From: Acaryochloris marina MBIC11017
GTDB lineage: Bacteria; Cyanobacteriota; Cyanobacteriia; Thermosynechococcales; Thermosynechococcaceae
Length of the DNA stretch: 32,000 nucleotides
Assembly: GCF_000018105.1 (NCBI RefSeq)
Contig: NC_009931.1
Location: 140,729-172,728 of the forward strand
Direction: 5' to 3'
Below the pieces are notes generated by a model. That model did no database searches, had not been told where the DNA came from, and worked only from the letters and a program-made list of their open reading frames with translations. Positions 24,269 to 32,000 of this stretch are shown piece by piece. A program made the position numbers and the translations under genes. Every line of letters starts with the position of its first letter. Position 1 is the first letter of the stretch.

Positions 24269-24898
24269 ATGAAACAAGGACTTACGCTCGTTGAAATGGC
24301 TCAAGCTGTTCAAGACCAGGCTGAGGCCAAGCGCGATTTTGTTGCTGATACACGCACCCTTGAGATGAACCCTGATGGTTCGATTACAGTCGAGTCTGAA
24401 GAAGTCGAAGAAACATTTACCACCACTGAACACACCCACGGCCAGATATCCCAACGCCTCAGCATTCCCCTCAAATACTATCGACGGATGCAATCGTCAG
24501 CCCCCCAACTTCTGGCAGAAAACGTTAATCACTGGTTTAACACTAACCCTGAGCGGCGCATGATCCGCACCCTTGACGGTTCTGCTCGTGCTTTCCTTTC
24601 TGACCGCTATCGCAGAGTGGACAACTTTGAGATAGCTGAAACGGTCTTGCCCGTCCTGGCTGAATTTGGTCCGGGCTTGAAAATTATGAGCGTTGGTCTA
24701 ACCGATTCTCGTCTTTATATCAAGGCTGTAAATGAGCGAGTTCAGCTTGATGTCAGAAAAGGTGACGCTGTTCAAGCTGGGGTGGTCATCTCCAACTCTG
24801 AGATTGGCCTCGGTTCTATCCGAATTGAACCCCTTGTATACAGGCTCGTGTGTCTCAATGGGATGATTTCTCAAGACTACAGTTTTAGGGGTAATTGA
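24269..24898 (+). CDS. DUF932-family protein, apparently C-terminally short
   Basis: TEHTHGQISQRLSIPLKYYRRM...RAFLSDRYRRVDNFE...VISNSEIGLGSIRIEPLVYRLVCLNGM. AAGGAG lies upstream of the ATG at 24269. The ORF ends soon after the CxNG motif. Confidence 0.6.
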   Translation: MKQGLTLVEMAQAVQDQAEAKRDFVADTRTLEMNPDGSITVESEEVEETFTTTEHTHGQISQRLSIPLKYYRRMQSSAPQLLAENVNHWFNTNPERRMIRTLDGSARAFLSDRYRRVDNFEIAETVLPVLAEFGPGLKIMSVGLTDSRLYIKAVNERVQLDVRKGDAVQAGVVISNSEIGLGSIRIEPLVYRLVCLNGMISQDYSFRGN

Positions 24899-24903
24899 AG
24901 GGT

Positions 24904-26734
24904 CGACACTGTTGGCGAAATATTCCGCAATGATCTAAGTCGGCTGAAAATAGCTTCTAACACTTGATGCAGTAAGCCTTTTGTGGATTGAGGTATGGTA
25001 CTGCTAAAACTCAAACTCAATCACGCTCACTCTGGAGGCTCATTGTTATGTCTATGCGCCCGACAGACTTGTTGGACATCCCCAGTGAAACCATTGAAGT
25101 AGCTAGGGCTGCCTTTCCTGATGGCAATCTGTATATGCAACTACGTGATGAACTTGGCATTATCTATCACGATCACGATTTTGCTGATCTGTTTCCGAAG
25201 AAAGGACAACCAGCTCTATCCCCCTGGCAGCTTGTGCTAGTTTGCATCATGCAATTTCTTGAGAATCTTTCAGACCGTCAAGCGGCTGATGCCGTTCGAG
25301 CCCGGATAGATTGGAAATATGCCCTGAGCCTACCGCTGAGAGACTCTGGATTTAATTATTCTGTTTTGAGTGAATTTCGCAAGCGTCTGATCGCGGGTGA
25401 CAAGGAACAACAGCTATTTGATAGCTTCCTTGAGCACCTTCAAGCAAAAGGGTTCCTTAAAGAACACCATCAACAACGAACGGATGCGACCCATATCCTA
25501 GCGTCGATCCGAACCCTCAATCGGTTGGAGTTATTTGGTGAAACCTTTCGGGCTGCTCTCAATAGTTTGGTTGTCGCAGATCCACAGTGGTTAAGCGAAC
25601 ACATGCACGATGACTGGTTTGATCGCTATGGTCGACGAATAGAGAATTATCGCTTGCCCAAACCCGATAGCGAACGCAAAGCTTTGGGCAGTACTATCGG
25701 TCAAGATGGTTTGACACTGCTTGACGCCATATATGCCCCTAGTTCACCACCGTGGTTAAAGCATCTACCTGCAGTGGAAACTCTGCGACAAGTCTGGCTC
25801 CAGCGATTCTACCCGCCCAATGCAGACGGCACAGTCGAATGGCGAAAAGTGAAGGATATGCCCCCTTCTGATTCATCCATTCATTCTCCTTACGATGTCG
25901 AAGCCCGCTATAGCAATAAAAGAAGTATGGATTGGGTGGGCTATAAAGTTCATTTAACAGAAGTGTGTGATCCTGAAAGTCCACGTCTCATCACTCATGT
26001 GCACACCACCAGTGCAACGGTTCCAGATGATCAAGTTGTTGAACCCATTCACCTGGCTCTGGCTAAAAAACAGTTGTTGCCTAAAGAGCATTTGTTAGAT
26101 GGGGGTTACCTCTCGGCAGAGCATTTGGTGAATAGCAAAGCAGAATATGACATGGATGTTATTGGTCCAGTGCGTCAAAATCATAGTTGGCAAGCAAAGG
26201 CAGGAAACGGATTTGATTCGAGCTTCTTCCTCATCAGTTGGGACCAACAGAAGGTTGTCTGTCCTCAAGGCCACTTCAGTACGAAATGGTTGCCTGGAAA
26301 GGATATTCACGGAAAGGATGTCATTCAAGCAAGGTTCCAGGGGACCACTTGCCGAAGTTGTCCAGTGCGATCTCAATGTACGAAATCAAAGACCCAGCCA
26401 AGAGAGTTGACGTTCCGTCCCCGTGAGTTACATCAAGCCCTTAATGAACGACGTCAGGTACAACGAACTACTGAGTTCAAGGAAAAATATAGCCTGCGGG
26501 CTGGTGTTGAGAGTACCCATTCACAGGGAATACGGCGATTTGGCATGCGCCAATCAAGGTATATCGGGTTAGCGAAGAGCCATCTACAGAATGTTTTCTG
26601 TGCCATTGCTCTCAATTTTGTCCGCTTAGACGCTTGGTTTAATGATGTTCCACTAGCAAAAACTCGTGTATCTCTTTTCAAGAGGATACTTCAGCCATTA
26701 CCAGCGTGACTTCTTGGAATTCGCCAACAGTGTC
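24904..26734 (+). mobile_element. IS1182-family insertion sequence (~1.83 kb)
   Basis: Perfect 15-bp terminal inverted repeats are GACACTGTTGGCGAA (24905-24919) and TTCGCCAACAGTGTC (26720-26734). AGGGT flanks both ends (24899-24903 and 26735-26739). It carries a single transposase ORF. Confidence 0.8.
25048..26709 (+). CDS. IS1182-family (IS5/IS1182-type DDE) transposase
   Basis: The N-terminal region is DUF772-like (PWQLVLVCIMQFLENLSDRQ). A Cys cluster reads CPQGH...CRSCPVRSQCT. The C-terminus is RAGVESTHSQGIRRFGMRQSRYIGLAKSHLQ. GGAGG lies 9 nt upstream of the ATG at 25048. Confidence 0.8.
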   Translation: MSMRPTDLLDIPSETIEVARAAFPDGNLYMQLRDELGIIYHDHDFADLFPKKGQPALSPWQLVLVCIMQFLENLSDRQAADAVRARIDWKYALSLPLRDSGFNYSVLSEFRKRLIAGDKEQQLFDSFLEHLQAKGFLKEHHQQRTDATHILASIRTLNRLELFGETFRAALNSLVVADPQWLSEHMHDDWFDRYGRRIENYRLPKPDSERKALGSTIGQDGLTLLDAIYAPSSPPWLKHLPAVETLRQVWLQRFYPPNADGTVEWRKVKDMPPSDSSIHSPYDVEARYSNKRSMDWVGYKVHLTEVCDPESPRLITHVHTTSATVPDDQVVEPIHLALAKKQLLPKEHLLDGGYLSAEHLVNSKAEYDMDVIGPVRQNHSWQAKAGNGFDSSFFLISWDQQKVVCPQGHFSTKWLPGKDIHGKDVIQARFQGTTCRSCPVRSQCTKSKTQPRELTFRPRELHQALNERRQVQRTTEFKEKYSLRAGVESTHSQGIRRFGMRQSRYIGLAKSHLQNVFCAIALNFVRLDAWFNDVPLAKTRVSLFKRILQPLPA

Positions 26735-26908
26735 AGGGTTGCTGACACCAGCTGCAATCAAGGCTGAATCCCTTACCTAGTAAAGCTTATAGCCATTAAG
26801 AACTGTAAACTCCATTGACTTCCATCACCCTTAATTCATAATCTACGCTTATAGTACAAAAACTTGCCTTACGCTCTAATGAATTCACTTTCATAGGAGC
26901 GTAATTGC

Positions 26909-29038
26909 ATGAAACGGAAATGGCATCCAGAAGAGCTGCTTGAGCATTGGTCTATCCAACCTGACGAGGAGCATCTATTGGCCAGACGTCAAGGAGCAAA
27001 CCGCTTAGGATTTGTCCTGCTGCTTAAATTTTTCCAATATGAAGGACGCTTCCCTGAACAGAAGTATGAGATTCCTCGTATGGCACTGACCTTCGTCGCA
27101 GAACAGTTAGAACTACTGCCCGAGCTGTTCCAGAGCTATGACTGGCATGGGAGGAATAGCTATTATCACAGAGCCCAGATTCGCCAATTTTCCGGATTTC
27201 GACAAGCCACTGTGGCAGACCAAAACCAACTTCGCACTTGGTTAGTCGATACCTTCCTCAGTCAAGAGCAGGACTATCATCATCTGAAATTAAAAGTCTA
27301 TGCTCAACTGCGTTCACTTCAGATTGAACCACCTGCCCCTGCTAGGATTGAGCGTTTAATCCGGTCCGCTCAACGCCTGTTTGAACGCAAGTTTTTTTCC
27401 TCAACTCTTCAGCACCTGTCCAAGCAAACTCAGACTGAGCTCGATGAATTGATCCAAGAACCCAAGGTGACCCCAGGTAAAGAGATCCCAGATCCTCCCC
27501 TAAGTGCGTTGAAAAAAGACCCAGGACCAGTCGGTCTCAATAGCCTGCTTTCAGAAGTCATCAAACTCCAACGACTCCGCCAAGTGGCTTTGCCTGATAC
27601 CCTGTTTTCTCATCTAAGCCCACGAGTTCTGGAGTGTTATCGGCTCCGAGTGGAGACAGAAACCTTATCAGAGTTGAGGCATCACCCCAAAACCATCCGA
27701 CTCACCTTACTCGCGAGTTTCTGCTGGCAGCGGTGCCAAGAGATCATCGACAACATCATGGATTTATTGATTCAGATCGTTCATCGCATTGATACACGCA
27801 GCAAGAATAAAGTGACGTCAGAGGTGATCGCTAAAGTCAAAAAAACCGACTCTCATACCCAACTGTTTTATCAGGTGGCCACCGCAGCCCTAGCCACACC
27901 AGATGGCTTGGTCAGAGACGTTATCTACCCCGTTGCCAGTGAGCAAACCCTGGAAACATTTGTTGATTCCTATAATGATGGCGGTCAGACTTACCGACAA
28001 CTTCTACACTCGAGGATCCGTTCTTCCTACGGTCATCATTATCGGCAAATGCTTCCTGCGGTACTGGAAGTGATTGACTTTCGGTGCAATAACAAGCAAT
28101 ACCAGCCCATCCTGCAGGCTGTGGATTTACTCAAAGCCTATGTGGACACCCCCCGAAAACCTTATGCCTCAGAAGATGACGTCCCCATTGAAGGGGTCGT
28201 CAGTGCAGACTGGCAAGAGACGGTGTTAGGTCAGGATGAGGACCAGCCAGACAAAGTAGATCGCATCGCCTATGAGATGTGTGTCCTCAGGGCCTTGCGA
28301 GAGAAACTACGGTGTAAGGAAATTTGGGTCGCCGGTGCCAATCGCTATCGCAATCCCGATCTGGATTTACCCCAAGACTTTGACGAGCGGCGAGAGGAAT
28401 ATTACCAGGATCTACAACAGCCCCTAGAGGTGGAAACCTTCATCGCTCAAATCCAGGCTGATATGGAAAATGCTTTGACCCTTTTGAATCAGGGGATGCC
28501 TCACAATTCTAAAGTTGAGATCTTGAGTAAGCGAGGGGGACGCGTTAAGGTATCTCCTCTGGAGGCACAACCTGAACCCATGAACATCCAGAAGCTCAAG
28601 GAAGAGATCAACAACCGGTGGTCTCTAACGCATTTGTTGGATGTGCTCAAAGAAGCGGACTTTCGGATTGATTTCACCCAACATTTCAAGAGTGCGGCCA
28701 GTCGTGAAATATTGAAACCTCAGTCCCTGCGCAAGCGCTTACTGTTGTGCATTTACGGACTGGGCACTAATTTAGGGATTAAGCGCATCGCTCATTCAGA
28801 AGCCGATGCAGGATACTTTGAATTGCATTATGTCCGACGCAAATTTTTAAGCAAAATGGCCCTCAGCTGTGCCATTACGGATGTGGCCAATGCGATTTTC
28901 CAGATTCGCCTTTCTCATGTCTGGGGGGAAGCCACCACTGCCTGTGCGTCTGATTCTCGGCACTTTGAATCTTGGGACCAGAATTTGATGACGGAATGGC
29001 ATGTTCGTTATGGCGGCCGGGGGGTGATGATCTACTGG
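26909..29038 (+). CDS. tnpA: Tn3-family transposase, exon 1 (710 codons)
   Basis: The N-terminus is DUF4158-like (RLGFVLLLKFFQYEGRFP). The frame reaches ...WHVRYGGRGVMIYW and is then interrupted by GTGCG at 29039. Confidence 0.85.
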
Positions 29039-29667
29039 GTGCGATTCGTTGGCTAGAAACTAGACCTGAATAGGGTTTGAGGGGATTAGCCGCAAGCGTA
29101 AAGAAGGGGAAAATATCCCAACTGTACCTTGACAACTTAATAGCCATATAGGTGAGAGTCAGTATCCTAGACCGCTCTAGTCCTATCCCGCAGGTGCAGC
29201 GGTGACAGCATTTCCCCCAGGTTCGCGACTAGCCATCAACGCCTGAAGCGGGGAAAAAAGGAGGTAACAGGGAGCCTAGCTCTGAACCCCTTCGAGCAAG
29301 AACTTATGAGTAGCGAAAGCGAAGATGTGGTTAACCCACCGTAATCATTAACCAGCGAAATTAGGTTGATAACGCTGGGAGTCCCAAAAGGGCAAGGATA
29401 TACGGAGCTGGCGTGTCCAGTAGCGACCAGTTAGCACTTCCAATAAACCCGGTGGAGCGCATCACTCTAACAGTTCAATCAATGGCTATTAGGAACGAAG
29501 TAACCCCCGCCTATCTCTCTTGGAGGTCGATTGGCTAAGAGTAGGTGCTAACCAGAAGTTAGGCGGTGGGAAGGATTGGGTCAAAAGCAAAAGCCCCACT
29601 GTAATGGTGAGGATAAGCAGACAGACTCACGGTGACTTGGAATGAATAGGAACAAGTAGCAATAAAT

Positions 29668-31398
29668 ATGTCTAAAGCACGGGTCAAACCGATGATGGAA
29701 TGGAGCGCAATCCCCTGGCCAAAACTAGAGCGGAAAGTGTTTAAGTTGCAAAAGCGCATATTCAGAGCCAGACAACGTGGCGATGTCAAAGTAGTACATA
29801 GACTCCAGAAAACTCTGATGAGGTCCTGGTCAGCCAAATGCCTTTCAGTTAGACGGGTCACACAAGACAACCAGGGAAAAAAGACGGCAGGTGTGGATGG
29901 AGTTAAATCTCTGTCCCCAGAAGCTCGTCTGCCCCTAGTGGGTCAACTTAAACTCGGCTCAAAGGCCCCTCCCACCAGACGGGTGTGGATTCCTAAACCA
30001 GGAAAAGACGAACAACGTCCTTTGGGTATACCGACCCTGTATGAAAGGGCAAGAATGACACTAGTCAAACTAGCCCTGGAACCTGAATGGGAAGCGGTTT
30101 TCGAACCAAACTCCTATGGTTCAAGACCAGGCCGTTCATGTCATGACGCGATAGAACAAATTTTTGCAGCCATTAAACAGAAAGCAAAATATGTGTTGGA
30201 CGCTGATATAGCCCAATGTTTTGACCGAATAAACCACGAAGCACTGCTCAAAAAGCTGAAGACCTTTCCCACTCTACGCCGACAAATAAAAACTTGGCTA
30301 AAAGCTGGGGTAATTGATGGTCATCAGTTCTTACAGACATCTGAAGGAGCACCTCAAGGGGGGACTATCTCTCCTTTGTTGGCAAATGTAGCCCTCCATG
30401 GCCTAGAGTATCGAATCAAGCAAGCCTTTCCTATCAGAAAGATTGCCGACGGGAATAAGCGAAAAAGAATTGCTACTCCTGATGTCATTCGATACTGTGA
30501 TGACTTCGTGATTCTTCACGAGGATTTATCCGTAGTTCAAAGATGTCAGAGCTTAGTTCATGAGTGGCTAAAAGACATGGGGTTGGAACTAAAACCTAGC
30601 AAAACGCATATATCCCATACTCTCAAAAGGTATGAAGCTGAAAACCCTGGATTTGATTTTCTAGGATTCTCAGTTAGACAATTCCCGGTCGGTCAACATC
30701 AATCGGGGAGATTATGCGGGACATTGCTGGGATTTAAGACCATCATTACCCCCAGTCGAAAGAAGCAAAAAGTACATTACAATCGGCTCGTTAGTATCAT
30801 CAACGCCCATAAGGCAGCGCCGCAAGCGGCATTAATCCGCCACCTCAATCCCGTGATTAGAGGATGGACGAGATATTATTCGACCATGGCTAGTAAAGAG
30901 ACCTTCTCCCGTCTAGACCATTTACTGTATCAAAAGCTTCAAACATGGGCTAACCACCGCCATCCTGGCAAATCCAGGAAATGGGTGGTGAATAAATATT
31001 GGCAAACTGTCGGGGGAGATAAATGGGTCTTCGCGACTAGAGTAACTAAATCTAGAACCGAAAAATTACTCAAACATCGACAGACTCCAATTATCCGCCA
31101 TGTCAAAGTCAAGGGGGATGCAAGTCCCTACAATGGCAATCTAGTTTACTGGAGTTCAAGGACTGGGAAGCATCCAGAAGCTCCGAAGAGAGTATCTATG
31201 CTCTTGAAGAAGCAGAAGGGGAAATGCGCTCAGTGCGGCATGTTCTTCCGAGAAGAAGATTTACTTGAAGTGGATCACATTCTCCCTACATCAATGGGAG
31301 GATTGGACGTATACAAGAATCTTCAACTACTACACAGACATTGTCATTATGTTAAAACGGCCAAGGAGAAGTCCTCTCAGGCCAAATGGTATGTATGA
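29668..31398 (+). CDS. Group II intron-encoded protein: reverse transcriptase, maturase (X) and HNH endonuclease
   Basis: The RT motif is YCDDFVIL, the X motif is RGWTRYY, and the En domain is CAQCG...VDHILP...HRHCH. Confidence 0.9.
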   Translation: MSKARVKPMMEWSAIPWPKLERKVFKLQKRIFRARQRGDVKVVHRLQKTLMRSWSAKCLSVRRVTQDNQGKKTAGVDGVKSLSPEARLPLVGQLKLGSKAPPTRRVWIPKPGKDEQRPLGIPTLYERARMTLVKLALEPEWEAVFEPNSYGSRPGRSCHDAIEQIFAAIKQKAKYVLDADIAQCFDRINHEALLKKLKTFPTLRRQIKTWLKAGVIDGHQFLQTSEGAPQGGTISPLLANVALHGLEYRIKQAFPIRKIADGNKRKRIATPDVIRYCDDFVILHEDLSVVQRCQSLVHEWLKDMGLELKPSKTHISHTLKRYEAENPGFDFLGFSVRQFPVGQHQSGRLCGTLLGFKTIITPSRKKQKVHYNRLVSIINAHKAAPQAALIRHLNPVIRGWTRYYSTMASKETFSRLDHLLYQKLQTWANHRHPGKSRKWVVNKYWQTVGGDKWVFATRVTKSRTEKLLKHRQTPIIRHVKVKGDASPYNGNLVYWSSRTGKHPEAPKRVSMLLKKQKGKCAQCGMFFREEDLLEVDHILPTSMGGLDVYKNLQLLHRHCHYVKTAKEKSSQAKWYV

Positions 31399-31417
31399 CA
31401 AGCACCAAGCCACTGAG

Positions 31418-31451
31418 GAGCCGTGTAAATCGAAAGATTTACGCACGGTTT
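31418..31451 (+). ncRNA. Group II intron domain V (part of the intron RNA)
   Basis: GAGCCGTGTAAATC-GAAA-GATTTACGCACGGTTT shows the AGC triad, a GAAA tetraloop and a 2-nt bulge. Confidence 0.85.
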
Positions 31452-31492
31452 TGAAGCCAAGTCGGAGGAGTGATCCTCCGGCTTAGGTTAAC

Positions 31493-32000
31493 CATGTCGA
31501 GAAAAAATCCGTATGTATCTACTCGCAACTGAAGAAGTGTTCTTCTTCGGAGGTGGCCTTTATGGTGAAGGGCGTACTTCGCCACTGCACGCAAATGTCA
31601 GTGAATAAAAGCTATGTGGATACCCATGGCCAAAGCGAGGTGGGGTTTGCCTTTTGCTATTTATTGAATTTTCAGCTGATGCCTCGCTTCAAGGGCATCA
31701 ACAAGCAGAAGCTCTACCTGCCGATGTCCGGGCAGAAGAAGAAGTATTTCCATCTCAAGGCGATTTTAAAGCGCCCCATTCGTTGGGATCTGGTTCGGGA
31801 GCAATATGAGCCAATGATCCAGTTCACCACCGCGATGAAGCAAGGCACCGCCGAACCTGAAGCCATTCTGAGTCGGTTCACTCGCAACAACATCAAGCAC
31901 CCCACCTATCTTGCTTTGGCTGAATTAGGGCGAGCTATCAAGACCATTTTCCTGTGCCAGTATTTGCATGATGAAGCCTTACGGCAAGAGATCAATGAAG
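31493..32000 (+). CDS. tnpA: Tn3-family transposase, exon 2 (runs off window end)
   Basis: HVEKKSVCIYSQLKKCSSSEVAFMVKGVLRHCT...YVDTHGQSEVGFAFCYLL...LYLP...TAEPEAILSRFTRNN...LAELGRAIKTIFLCQYL matches the Tn3 DDE domain. It continues the IYW of exon 1 in frame. Confidence 0.85.

Larger units (their letters stand above)
29039..31492 (+). mobile_element. Complete group II intron (2454 nt) with an RT-maturase-HNH ORF
   Basis: The 5' end is GTGCG. EBS1 CCAGTAG (29417-29423) is complementary to IBS1 CTACTGG (29032-29038). Canonical domain V lies at 31418-31451. Domain VI has a bulged A at 31485, 7 nt from the 3' end, which reads ...AC. The exon junction is in frame. Confidence 0.9.

Noticed and set aside
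26840-26885. ACGCTCTAATG resembling the ACGCTAAG inner end of Tn3-family terminal repeats just upstream of tnpA
   Set aside because: The sequence 38-48 bp outward does not begin with GGGG, and no inverted partner is available in the window. The resemblance may be chance.
29559-29870. 103-aa minus-strand ORF inside the group II intron
   Set aside because: It is antisense to intron domains I-IV and to the IEP start, with no support.
29668-31398. Whether the reverse transcriptase marks a retron or a diversity-generating retroelement
   Set aside because: The RT carries a maturase X motif and an HNH domain. It is embedded between canonical group II 5' GTGCG/EBS1 and domains V and VI. I found no msr/msd-like repeats and no TR/VR pair.

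Overview
The window reads as a cyanobacterial-type plasmid or conjugative-element backbone joined to a mosaic accessory region. Taxonomic hints are a C-terminal-AbrB (cyAbrB-type) regulator, a DUF3854 domain, a pentapeptide-repeat protein, an En-plus group II intron and one HIP1 octamer (GCGATCGC) at 11918-11925.

Layout:
(1) 1-1245, minus strand: a small protein plus a NACHT NTPase. The two share an N-terminal G/Q/N-rich motif, and the NACHT gene runs off the window.
(2) 1401-7981, minus strand: a relaxase operon. It has two short coupled ORFs and a 2042-codon ORF made of MOBF relaxase, helicase, helical repeats and a DUF3854/Toprim-like domain. A well-formed 156-codon ORF lies in its +1 frame.
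(3) 7982-8551: a divergent control region with a hairpin plus an F/R388-like nic motif (candidate oriT) and two blocks of 10-11 bp TGCCCCA iterons.
(4) 8552-12569, plus strand: an operon opening with actin-like ParM and RHH ParR-like genes, followed by five unknown genes.
(5) 12.6-24.9 kb: visibly lower-GC patchwork. It holds diverged 181-bp repeats bracketing a 3.8-kb cargo (EthD, a MITE-like element, orphan yidD, an RHH gene). It also holds a structured segment ending in an IscB-like N-terminal stub, a sigma-70 factor, a cyAbrB-like gene, VOC, pentapeptide, and an HTH/TM/NERD trio.
(6) 24.9-32 kb: nested mobile DNA. An IS1182-family IS sits beside a Tn3-family transposase gene that is split in frame by a complete group II intron.

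All functional calls come from motif recognition by eye. No database search was run.
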